Below, piece by piece: positions 27,979-37,700 of a DNA stretch of 64,000 nt (position 1 is its first letter; each line of letters starts with the position of its first letter). Where the stretch lies: the sequence record MH221129.1. One strand, given 5' to 3'. A model generated the notes under the pieces. The model was given only the letters and a program-made list of their open reading frames with translations, searched no databases and was not told the origin of the DNA. The position numbers and the translations under genes are program-made.

Positions 27979-28557
27979 TTATAGTACGAATACGGTTGCA
28001 GACAGTTCAAACTTCAAAGCCCGGCACACTTTCTTCATATCCTCTTGTGAGAAATCCACCAACTTCAAACGCATCTCATTGAGCAATGGATTCTGTTTGA
28101 GGAGTTCAACCTTACGTTCCCAGTTGGACTTGTGGTGGAGTTCTACCGTTTCAGGGACAATACCCAACGGCATGAGTTTTGGAGAAACGTACCGATGGTG
28201 AACTTTACCCCGCATGTACTTGAAGTTGGTGTTCAGATACAATTTCGCGTCAATATACTTGCAGCGCTCTGCATATTCGACGAAGGTGTGCACGTTAACC
28301 TTTTCTTGACCCAGCGCAGTTGCCTGTATACCGTGAATGGTGCGACACTGGCTGTTTAGCTCATCGGGCCGGTCAACAAACACGGCGTGAACGATATCCA
28401 GTCCTGCGGTATGCAGTGTAATCATCCGGCTGTTGGGTCGCATGTGCTGTGCGATGGTCACCATGCTCGTCCCACTCGGCATTAACCCGGCGCGAAACCA
28501 ACGTTCAATTTGCTGCAAATCGTCGTGCGCCTGCAGCTGTAAAATGCGTTCTGTCAT
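27979..28557 (-). CDS. Hypothetical protein
   Basis: Start moved to ATG 28557 (SD GAGGT); the track start lies inside a terminator. Confidence 0.75.
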   Translation of the reverse strand: MTERILQLQAHDDLQQIERWFRAGLMPSGTSMVTIAQHMRPNSRMITLHTAGLDIVHAVFVDRPDELNSQCRTIHGIQATALGQEKVNVHTFVEYAERCKYIDAKLYLNTNFKYMRGKVHHRYVSPKLMPLGIVPETVELHHKSNWERKVELLKQNPLLNEMRLKLVDFSQEDMKKVCRALKFELSATVFVL

Positions 28558-28590
28558 AACGGATACCTCAAAATAATTTGAGTTAAGTGT

Positions 28591-28629
28591 AAAAAAAGAG
28601 GAAGTGCAGGAACCCGAAGGCTCCTGCAC
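28591..28629 (-). terminator. Intrinsic terminator with a cUUCGg loop
   Basis: GTGCAGGAGCC-TTCG-GGTTCCTGCAC plus a T-run. Confidence 0.85.
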
Positions 28630-28636
28630 AAATAAA

Positions 28637-29164
28637 TTACTCAGTCACATCCTCAATAAAGACGATGCGGGCCGGTTGGAAGGTGTGATAAGCAACACCT
28701 TCGCGTGGTCCGTGTACGGCATGAATCGCCCCATCGTAATGGTTTGCTTGCAATGCCAAACGTACTGACGTGGTAGTGTAAGCCTCTTCTGCCCACAGAG
28801 GGAGTTTATCAAACTCCTCCGGGAACTGGTTAAACACTTCCATTAAGGTCAGACCGGGGTGACGTTCCTGAATACGTTCCCATTCGTTAGTTTCTGTCAG
28901 CTCGACAGGATTAGATTGTGCCAGCTGGCGATAAAGATCGGCGGTTAACAGCGAACGGAATTTACCGATGTCCACAAACGGGTCTTTTTCATCATTGATA
29001 AACGGTTTATCGATGTCGATAGAAACTTTGCTGATATACGCTGGTGCGAACCAGTTACTACCTTCAGCCGCCGCTAACGCTTTATCAGCATACACAACCA
29101 CACTAGAAGGAATATTGGAATCGCCAAACGGTGCAGTAGTTACAATGTAGCCTTCGTATTTCAT
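28637..29164 (-). CDS. Possible ADP-ribosyltransferase-fold protein (ART-PolyVal-like)
   Basis: IDIDKPFIN...ALQANHYDGAIH...VAYHTFQPARI resembles the polyvalent-protein ART pattern (l.nP...GyDGii...yvvF.p.qI). Judged by eye only. Confidence 0.45.
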   Translation of the reverse strand: MKYEGYIVTTAPFGDSNIPSSVVVYADKALAAAEGSNWFAPAYISKVSIDIDKPFINDEKDPFVDIGKFRSLLTADLYRQLAQSNPVELTETNEWERIQERHPGLTLMEVFNQFPEEFDKLPLWAEEAYTTTSVRLALQANHYDGAIHAVHGPREGVAYHTFQPARIVFIEDVTE

Positions 29165-29727
29165 TATAATGCTCCTTTAAAATGGTATGTTTTGCTTTCT
29201 AACAAATGGCATGTAGCTGATTCAAATAGCTGGAGGACTTTATCCAGCGGGATACTGGTGAGATTGTTAATCATCACGTTCTCTTTTAAGCCCCGTTCTA
29301 TCGCGCATTCTACCAACCCAATCGCGTCCTCAACCCGCGGAGTGGTAATTGTGATTTCGGTATCGCCCTTGTCACTGACGCCCGACGCATCTTGTAATCG
29401 TACTAAGTTGGGCACCATCCCGCTGATACGCAGTTCTGGAGAAACACACACTGACAGTAACGGTGTATGCACCTTACGAGCGTTATAACCGACAAACATC
29501 TGCGGGTCTAACTCGCTCACACCACAACAGATACAGTTCAGCGTGGTTGCCCAGTTGGTGTGTGTACGTTCGAAGATACCCCGTACCACTTTCGCATCCC
29601 GGTCGTAGAGAAACACCAGCATTTGGTCTGGGTTGTTCGGCAAGTCTTCTTCGATGCCCGACCATTCCGGGTCGTCGCGAATACTGGATTGCCATACATC
29701 GTTACGAACTTCTAATAAGCTAAGCAT
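29164..29727 (-). CDS. Hypothetical protein
   Basis: 187 aa, TAATG coupling. Confidence 0.75.
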   Translation of the reverse strand: MLSLLEVRNDVWQSSIRDDPEWSGIEEDLPNNPDQMLVFLYDRDAKVVRGIFERTHTNWATTLNCICCGVSELDPQMFVGYNARKVHTPLLSVCVSPELRISGMVPNLVRLQDASGVSDKGDTEITITTPRVEDAIGLVECAIERGLKENVMINNLTSIPLDKVLQLFESATCHLLESKTYHFKGAL

Positions 29728-29736
29728 GGCACCCCC

Positions 29737-30321
29737 TTACGCAATGTAAACACAACGATGATTACGGAAGCCGTGTTCTTCGGTGATGTGACGAGAAATG
29801 GTGTGTTCGATAGACGGGTTATAACACACCACATGCAGTTCCTGTTCTTCATCCAGACCGGGAACCGTGAGGTCAATCCATGGCAGACCCCCCATCTGTG
29901 TAAAGGTGTCCTGCGTAACCGTAAACGGACGCATCGCGTGTACCGGTTGTGCTGCATCTTCTTCCAGACGCGTGAAACGAAGAATACCCGGTGCGCATCC
30001 ATCAACCATAATGGTGCGTGGCAGATCGTAAGCAACGATATGTGCTTTCTGCTCGTAGCAGTCTTTGTAGCGCCGCAGCAGTTTGATGTCAGCCTCTAAC
30101 GCGGTGGTAATCACGTTATAAAGCATCACCAAACGATTACCATGGTCGTCCGTAACGTGTTTCACAAAGACCATTGTCGGGATATGGTCTAGCTGGAAAA
30201 CCACGAACTCAGCTTCTTCGTATTTCTTACACGCCTCAACAACGCGTGGTGCCCGCGCCTGATAACGCTTTGTAAGTTCTTCGTAGTTCATTTCATGTTG
30301 TTCGATAATAACTTTACGCAT
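29737..30321 (-). CDS. Hypothetical protein
   Basis: 194 aa ORF. Confidence 0.75.
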   Translation of the reverse strand: MRKVIIEQHEMNYEELTKRYQARAPRVVEACKKYEEAEFVVFQLDHIPTMVFVKHVTDDHGNRLVMLYNVITTALEADIKLLRRYKDCYEQKAHIVAYDLPRTIMVDGCAPGILRFTRLEEDAAQPVHAMRPFTVTQDTFTQMGGLPWIDLTVPGLDEEQELHVVCYNPSIEHTISRHITEEHGFRNHRCVYIA

Positions 30322-30344
30322 GGATAAATACTCTTTACGATGAT

Positions 30345-30372
30345 AAAAATAGAAAGGGGAGCTTAACTCCCC
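30345..30372 (-). terminator. Intrinsic terminator
   Basis: GGGGAG..CTCCCC stem plus a T-rich tail. Confidence 0.65.
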
Positions 30373-30381
30373 GAATGATGA

Positions 30382-31383
30382 TTACAGCAGTTGTGGTTTG
30401 GCAATGAAGAGTAGCTGGCGACCGTATTTAATAACGTCGTTCCAACCGTTTTCGGTACCCCATTTGATAATGGCATCGTACTTCCAGTCTTCTAACTCAC
30501 CACCCCACGCGTCGCGTACCGCTTTGGCTGACATTAGGAATACAGGTTCAGCAACAGAACGCATCTCTGGGTCAGGCAAGCGCGCAACGACAGAGCTATC
30601 GACCCGGTGTATCGTACCGTTAGCTTCTAACCAGAATGACTCGTGTTTTTGCTGAGTGTTAACGATGGTCCGGAATTCGATGGCCCACTTCCCGGTGTTG
30701 TCGTGCGGCGACTGTTCGAAGTTATAGAAGTGAACGGTGGTTTCAACAGGTCCGTTGAATCTCGATTTGTAAAGATTCAACAGCGTGGCAGCAATCTCTT
30801 GATTCCACCCCTCGCCGTATAACGGTTCCCACTTAGTCGTGCGGATTACATCCGGTGTTGCGATATCAATGCGCCAGACGCTCGCCCCGAACAACTGACT
30901 GAAGCATTCTTCTACCAACGTGCTCGGACGGTAGAACGTGTTAGTAGGCTGCAGCCCTTCATCGAACATTTCGATTATGGCTTTCTGTGTGCGTTCGGAC
31001 AGTTCTGCTGGAGTTATTGCTTCGCTTCTGTTCACTTTCATTCCCGCCTCGTAACACGGCGAACAAAAGAAACAACGATCATACACTGGCTGTTGTTGGT
31101 TGGACTGGTTAAAAACTTGTATGTTGACGTACTCCGATCCTAACGGAAGACGTGTATGTCGAGCAAGACAATGGTAATCCTTAAGCGGGAGAACGTTTTT
31201 ATCTAACCACGACTCTAGCGCTGTAAATCTTCCCCACTCCCCAAGTGACCCGCACCACATATCGGATGGCTTAAATGTGGTATTGCTGTTAAGAGCCAAC
31301 GCTGCGTTGTTCAAGATATCTACGACGGCACTATCGTCGCCTCGCACCGCCGCATTATAAAAATCAGGTAAAAGCTTAACCAT
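30382..31383 (-). CDS. Hypothetical protein
   Basis: 333 aa, SD AAGGA. Confidence 0.8.
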   Translation of the reverse strand: MVKLLPDFYNAAVRGDDSAVVDILNNAALALNSNTTFKPSDMWCGSLGEWGRFTALESWLDKNVLPLKDYHCLARHTRLPLGSEYVNIQVFNQSNQQQPVYDRCFFCSPCYEAGMKVNRSEAITPAELSERTQKAIIEMFDEGLQPTNTFYRPSTLVEECFSQLFGASVWRIDIATPDVIRTTKWEPLYGEGWNQEIAATLLNLYKSRFNGPVETTVHFYNFEQSPHDNTGKWAIEFRTIVNTQQKHESFWLEANGTIHRVDSSVVARLPDPEMRSVAEPVFLMSAKAVRDAWGGELEDWKYDAIIKWGTENGWNDVIKYGRQLLFIAKPQLL

Positions 31384-31471
31384 TTTTCTTTCCTTTAAAG
31401 TACACTACATTGACCGAGAACATCGCTAAAGGATGTCCGGTGTATAAGTGATAAGGATTACCACTCATGAG

Positions 31472-31489
31472 AATGATATCTATCTGAAA
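31472..31489 (-). promoter_or_regulatory. Putative phage promoter motif copy (TTTCAGATAGATATCATT)
   Basis: Repeated intergenic 18-mer. Confidence 0.55.
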
Positions 31490-31490
31490 A

Positions 31491-31808
31491 TTAATGCACT
31501 ACGAGAACGATAACATCACCGATACGCAGGTTTAAAGTCGAGAAGTTGGAAATCAGTTGCTGATAACGTAGACCTTTTTCGAACTGGTCGAACGTTCCAT
31601 CCGCCATCATGTACACCGCGCTCTGTACCACACCCCCTAAAACATCTTCGTAGAAGTGGTCGACTTCACCGGGCTTGTAGAAGCGCATCTTCTGGTTATT
31701 GGCGAAGATGTAGTCGAGCTTACCGTCAGCGGCTTTCTGTAAAGCATCAAAGGCTGCGTCAGCATCCTGACGTTCTAATGCGTTCTTTAAGGTTTGGAAT
31801 AAGGACAT
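31491..31808 (-). CDS. Hypothetical protein
   Basis: 105 aa, SD AGGAG. Confidence 0.75.
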   Translation of the reverse strand: MSLFQTLKNALERQDADAAFDALQKAADGKLDYIFANNQKMRFYKPGEVDHFYEDVLGGVVQSAVYMMADGTFDQFEKGLRYQQLISNFSTLNLRIGDVIVLVVH

Positions 31809-31977
31809 AACTGTCTCCTAGTTGGATGAAAGAACAAGGTCAAGGGCGTGGATGTCGGTACTCTGTAGAGTACCTCCGCTCTGTAGATAGTTTCACACAG
31901 ATCCCCCTTTCCCCCAATACCCTACTGCAAATGAAAAGATCGAATCGTAAAAAAGAGTAGTATGAGAGGAGGGCGGT

Positions 31978-32934
31978 ATGGAAAAGTCGAAGTCGGCAGT
32001 TCATGTCTACTCGATTGGCATCGTGGCGGAAGATAAACCCCGAGGTACCGATCGGGTGAAGATTATCCCAATCGAAACGAACTTTATGCAGCCAACGGCA
32101 GTCAACGCAACCGAGACGCCGGTGGAGAAGCAACATGAAGCCGCAGGGGCTACAGATAACCTGACGGTGAAGACCGGTAATGCCATTACCGCAAAATGGT
32201 GGAAGTACAACTCCAACCGCGTTAACTCCCCCGATGTGAAAAGAGAAGACTACGTTCGTATCTGGCGTATCGGGGAAACCGACATGTATTTCTGGGAAGA
32301 CCTGAACATGTCAAACGTGAAGCGGTTAGAAGATGCGGTATACGCATGGTCTGCTGACCCAACAAACCAAATGGCTGACGACTTGTCAAATGCGTATGTG
32401 TTGAACATCTCGCCAATGGATGGACACATCACGCTCCGTACCAGTATGGCTAATGGTGAAAAGAATGCGTATTTGATGCAGCTTAACACCCGTGATGGAA
32501 TGTGGCAGCTAGTTGACGATAAAGGTCGTAAGTTCTACATGAACTCACCTGAAGATGATTTAGGCTTCGAGAACGCGATGCTCTCAAAAGTCAACATCAA
32601 TAAGGAAGACGCTTTTATCTTCACGAAGAAGTCTATTAACTTCGAAACGCAGACCATCAACGAAAAGTGTAAGGTGCGCATTTGTAATGCGAGTGAGTCT
32701 ATCACGAACACCACGCAAACGTATCTGACCACAGCCAAATCGAAAGCCACGTTCGACACACCGAAAGGACTGTTCACAAAAGACTTCGAAGTGGGCAAGG
32801 ACTTCAAATACGGTGGTATTGGCGAAGGTATTGGAACGTTCACGGTATCTGATGCAATTATTGCACACATTACGTTCAGTAAACACACCCACACTGAACA
32901 GGGTGATGGCAACGACGTGTCTACACCGCACTAA
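31978..32934 (+). CDS. Baseplate central spike (gp5/gpV/VgrG-like)
   Basis: N-terminal OB-fold-like segment, beta-rich repetitive C-terminal half, terminal HxH metal-binding apex SKHTHTEQGDG; SD GGAGGG. Confidence 0.75.
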   Translation: MEKSKSAVHVYSIGIVAEDKPRGTDRVKIIPIETNFMQPTAVNATETPVEKQHEAAGATDNLTVKTGNAITAKWWKYNSNRVNSPDVKREDYVRIWRIGETDMYFWEDLNMSNVKRLEDAVYAWSADPTNQMADDLSNAYVLNISPMDGHITLRTSMANGEKNAYLMQLNTRDGMWQLVDDKGRKFYMNSPEDDLGFENAMLSKVNINKEDAFIFTKKSINFETQTINEKCKVRICNASESITNTTQTYLTTAKSKATFDTPKGLFTKDFEVGKDFKYGGIGEGIGTFTVSDAIIAHITFSKHTHTEQGDGNDVSTPH

Positions 32935-33169
32935 GTAATTAATTTACAACCTTCACCGATAGTGTGACAACAAACCCTTAACCCACAAACGACTCATCTC
33001 GTCGCTTGTCCCGGTTAGCCACTTTTTTCGCACAAAAGCAAGGGATGTTGTTATCGGGGCTCCCGCATCTGCGACGAGCCCTGTAACTAATTTACGTTAC
33101 AGGGCAGTTACTATGCCTTGAAGTACCGTAAACAGACATAGGGTCTTTTTACTTAACTCAATTGGAGAT

Positions 33170-33385
33170 ATGGACATGAGCATTAAAGAATTTTCTTCTG
33201 CTGAGCAGATTCCTGAGAACTACAAAAAGATCGGCAACGTAACTGCTACTGGTAGCACCGTAGACGACGTAACCGCTAAACTGGCAGCCGAAGCTGAAAA
33301 GCTGGGCGGCGACGCGTTCAAAGTGATCGGCATTTCTGGTAACAACCAGCAGCACGGCAGTGCAATCGTTTACAAAGCAGAGTAA
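33170..33385 (+). CDS. DUF1471 (YdgH/BhsA/McbA-like) domain protein lacking a signal peptide
   Basis: KIGNVTATGSTVDDVTAKLAAEAEKLGGDAFKVIGISGNNQQHGSAIVYK matches the BhsA-type domain. In-frame TGA at 33119 leaves no room for an upstream signal peptide. Confidence 0.8.
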   Translation: MDMSIKEFSSAEQIPENYKKIGNVTATGSTVDDVTAKLAAEAEKLGGDAFKVIGISGNNQQHGSAIVYKAE

Positions 33386-33403
33386 GCGAAAAAACAAGCA
33401 GGT

Positions 33404-33443
33404 CTCCTACTCCCCATCGGGGAGTAGGAGTTTTACCTTTTTT
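33404..33443. terminator. Bidirectional intrinsic terminator
   Basis: CTCCTACTCCCC-ATC-GGGGAGTAGGAG plus a T-run. Confidence 0.85.
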
Positions 33444-34706
33444 TTATTTTTTGCGTGCTTTAAAGCGGTGCATCTCAACGAACGGTTTGCCGTATGACCC
33501 AAATGGCCCAACGATAGCTTGCGCATCGTTCACCAGGTTTTGGTTGTGCCATCGTGCATTACCCAGCAAATAGTTCTCCCGGTCAAAGAACGTGGTGTTG
33601 AACACCCACTCTCCCTCCTCCCAGGTCGGCCAGTAAGCGACACACTTCCCGTATCGATTAAACAGCGGGCCGAGTGGTTTCTCACCGTCGATGTCGTTAG
33701 GGTCTTTCAGATAGAACCGACCCCATACCGCGTTATGGTTAATCCCCACTTCTTCGCGTTCGATGTACGGGTTGTCCACAGTGAAGACAAAGGAAGACTC
33801 GTGCAGCAACAACGCTTTTAGTGTTTCCGAGTTACGAATACGCTGTACGCTGGTTGGACTACTCAAGTCGCCCACACCGATAGTATCCCAGTCGTAATAG
33901 CGACGGGTTTCCAGCACTAGCTTAGCGAGGTTCAGGTTAGGCATCGATATCATGATGGCTTTGTCGCTGAAATAACCGGCTGGCGGTAACCAGTGGAGAA
34001 TCCCCCCGATAACGTAACCCACCGTTTTACCCGTAATGGAATCAGGCAACGTCAACATCAACGAAGAATAATAGTCGCGGGTGGTATCGAGCTTGTTCAT
34101 GGTCAGGTTGGCAATAGGGTAAGTTTTCACATTGCCCAACTCAGAGAACACCATGCAGCCGATATCTGGTGTGTTTGCAGTACGAACGATGTTTCCCGCA
34201 CCGTTTAATCGCACACCAACAGAATCGGACTGGTGAGAAACCCATTGACCGTTAACGTTGTAAAGCACGCCGTTACGATACTTGTCTTTCCACTTGTCCT
34301 CACAGACGATAACTACGTCGTGTGCATCGGCCATGTCGAAATCCTGCGTGTAATGGTACCCAGGAGGGCACAGATGCGTCTCTACGGGCACGTCGGCATT
34401 AATCGACTGGTAATGTGCGTTGGTGAACTCGAGCTTCGGTAAGCCCTTCCCAAGCGTTGGAATGACCACGCCGGCTTTGCTGGTTAACCAGTCCTGCAGG
34501 GTGTCGGTTCGGTTCTGCAGTTCAGCCAGATGGTATTGGCTAAAAAAGGTGTAGTCCACCCCGAGCGCAGAGACGCCCACTTCGAAGAAATGGTAGTTCG
34601 CACAGAGGGTATTTAAGGGCTGCGTGACGTCGATGGTTCCCCAAGTCCGGGTGTCTCGAGAGAAGCCAAAAGCGCTGTCGGCCCGCACTTGATAAGCAGT
34701 AGTCAC
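33444..34706 (-). CDS. Probable virion structural/baseplate-associated protein
   Basis: 420 aa beta-rich ORF, GTG start after SD GAGGA, divergent from the fibre operon; function inferred from context. Confidence 0.6.
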   Translation of the reverse strand: MTTAYQVRADSAFGFSRDTRTWGTIDVTQPLNTLCANYHFFEVGVSALGVDYTFFSQYHLAELQNRTDTLQDWLTSKAGVVIPTLGKGLPKLEFTNAHYQSINADVPVETHLCPPGYHYTQDFDMADAHDVVIVCEDKWKDKYRNGVLYNVNGQWVSHQSDSVGVRLNGAGNIVRTANTPDIGCMVFSELGNVKTYPIANLTMNKLDTTRDYYSSLMLTLPDSITGKTVGYVIGGILHWLPPAGYFSDKAIMISMPNLNLAKLVLETRRYYDWDTIGVGDLSSPTSVQRIRNSETLKALLLHESSFVFTVDNPYIEREEVGINHNAVWGRFYLKDPNDIDGEKPLGPLFNRYGKCVAYWPTWEEGEWVFNTTFFDRENYLLGNARWHNQNLVNDAQAIVGPFGSYGKPFVEMHRFKARKK

Positions 34707-34774
34707 AGGCGAATTCCTCTAAGGGTTCAGGTCATAGTATGAACTCGACGACCCTCGGAGAAAAGGAGTATAAA

Positions 34775-37700
34775 ATGGCTGTCGTTCCTGATCCGCATTT
34801 CAATATACCGGGGAATAAGCAGACCGGTGAAGCGGTGACACCTGTCGGTACTAAGTACCGTATGTTGTTCCCCGTGCACGCCCCCTTTTTTACCACATCC
34901 CTGGTGGTCAAGAGCGGCGGCAAGACGCTAAAACTCGGTGACGATTACGTCATTACCCATCCTTACATGACGGGGATGGAACGTACCGGTTATCTGTGCC
35001 ATGGCGCAGTCTGGATTACGAATGACAAATACGTCAGTAACTTCACGATGGACTATCACCCAATTGGTATTGCCGAGGCGACTCCTGCGCAGGTGACAGC
35101 AGAACGTGAACTGAATAAAGATAAGTTCCCCACTGATAATGCGTGTCAGTGGGACGTGGTCGTTGGCACAGTATACTTCCCGCCTGTCGATATCCTGTTT
35201 GACTGGGAGAACTGGCGTGGTGAGTTGGAACTGATGCAGGCAATTGCCGACATCGGTACCAAGATTGGCCAGTTGCCGCCAATTCCCGACCCGTACATCG
35301 GCAATATCTACGCACCGGCATTCCCTAACGACATCATGATGAATGGCAGTCGCCAGTACGTCACGTACGACGATCAAGGTGGCTATGTCGCGAAAGGTAA
35401 TAGTGGAACATGCGTAGTTTACTTATCTTCCAATGATTACCTGTTAAAGAACTACCAAGCGGACACGACGTACGCGTTAGCAGGCTACGCGACAAACGTC
35501 AACGCAAAACAGTGGTGGTCAGCGCCACTGGGTTATTTGGGATCTGGGTACAATTTGGCATTAGAGTGGGACAGTACCTCACTCGTTATGAAATTCCACA
35601 TTACGATTAAAAATGTTTCGTATATTCTCGCGTCTTTTGCAGCGCCAAAGGCGTGGATGGGCGGTGGTTTCCGCGTTCAATTTGATCGTAGTTACGATGC
35701 CGATACCATAGCTGTTAAAGTTATGGGTAAAGACGGCACAGTCAAGATGGATTATAAGCTCGACTTCCATAATCCGCCATCTGAACTGACCGCTGCGCTA
35801 GTAGGTATTGACATTATTAAGCTTGTCCACAAAGGCGTTGACTTTCGAAATAGCTGGTACGTAGTTAAAGGTGACAGTTGGCGACACACTACCTTCCCTG
35901 GCATGACCGTACCAGACGGCAGCGACGTCTTGACGTTGTTGAAACAGTATCAGCTTATCGTCGACAAACTATACCGCGACGCCCCTGCACACACCCACAT
36001 TCCACGCAAGGATAATCCGCATCGTGATACTTGGGGTCCGATTCGTGCACTTGAGCTGAACGGGATCGCCAGTGATGCTACTTTGGCGTATGGTAAAACG
36101 CAGCCGCAGTTAGCGGATTACGTTAATAACCTGTTGCCGAAGCTTTCCTCACTGGCGAATAAGCTGTTGCGAATGCCAACAGCTGCGCAGGCCATTAATG
36201 GGACTTTTGGTACGAAGCCAGGTCTAACCTCAGTTACGTCGGCTGTCGGTACTGATGAGTCCGGCGGAGTAGGTGCACAGTTTACGGTAGACCCGCGGGT
36301 TATCCGTTTCTTAGGCCGAGACTCCGCCACTGTTAACGCCGGCAATAACGCCATCACGTTCCAGGGCGGTACTAACCAGCTGGTTCTGTATCCCGACTCC
36401 CGTGGTCTGTTATGGAACGGTAAGAAACTGCTCGATCCGACGACTGTTGGTCCGTACTTGCCCGGTAATGAAGGGGGCGGTGATAACCTGTTCTACGGAA
36501 CAACCACTGCCACGGTGACCATCAACGGTAACGGTATCCAGTCGGTTCCGTTCATCTGTACGTTCGTACCACCAACGTCCGAAGACCTCGGTTTGATGGC
36601 GGTTCGAATGTTGGCGAACGATTTCGGTAACGCTGAGAATCTGGCAGCCACACCAGCATTGATTGCGAAACTGGATGCACTGTTCACCGGGAAACTGGTT
36701 GGGGCGAAGTCGTATGTTAATGACATGCCGTTGACGGGTTCTATCTACATCGATAAAACCAACTTCAACCTGAACGACGTGCAGGACATTCCTGATACCC
36801 AGCTGCCCATCTCCACGCTGCAACAAGCAGAACTCGACAAATACGCCGTGGTAGGCCACAGTCACAATGCCGATGCGTTCGGTATTAAGGCTGCGACCAC
36901 CACAACGTTCGGTCTGGTTCAGTTCGGGTTGGCAGTTGACGATGCGACATTGGCTCTTGACGGTAGCGAGGTTATTCGCCAAACTACCACTATCACGGAT
37001 ATCGAAACTGTCGCGAAGACGGTTGACTCCGGCGCGGCTATCAACATTATCCGCTACGGTCGTCCGGGTACCGAAACCATCGAGAACGGCATCACGTACA
37101 CAGGTTGGATGGCGACCATCAAAGCGAACACGTATTTTGTAGGTTTGGAATATGATGCACCGCTGGCGACATTTAACTTGGCAGAGGTCTTCCCTGACAC
37201 CCACGAAGATAATGAGTTTGGTGTTTTCGTTGACGTTCAAGGTAACGATGCGAAGTATTTGGTGTTAGAAAATCCAAACACGGCAGAAACGGAAACGATG
37301 ACCAAGATTGGTACTATCGTGACCAGTGAAGATGGAATCGTCGCGGTGGAAATCCACAACGTGACACGTCTGGGTGAATTCCGTGAACTGGAAGATCACA
37401 TCGCTAACGACAACGCGCACATCAAGCGTAAGATGACGCAGGAACAATTCGGCTTTACGTACGGTTCAGGTGGTCCGGTGTGGGCGTCGGGTGTTCCAGG
37501 ATTAACGCGTTTTGAGGGGGATTGGCGGTACGCTACTGCCTCTAATTATCGTCCAATGAGTAAAGTTACGTTGGACGATAAAGCCAGTAAGTGGACATTC
37601 CAGAAAACGGGGATTGGGGCAGGAAACTACGGTTTCATTCACCACGCGTTCCCGATGTTCACTAACAACGGTATTACCCATACCTGGCTCTCTTCTGTCG

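Noticed and set aside
31958-31964. AGTATG as a phiKZ-type late promoter (also 34736-34741)
   Set aside because: Plausible, but a 4-6 nt motif cannot be supported without TSS data, so it is not listed as a feature.
36410-37240. 276 aa minus-strand ORF (also 17152..17826 plus strand and similar long antisense ORFs)
   Set aside because: Shadows of long real genes with biased codon usage; no independent support.
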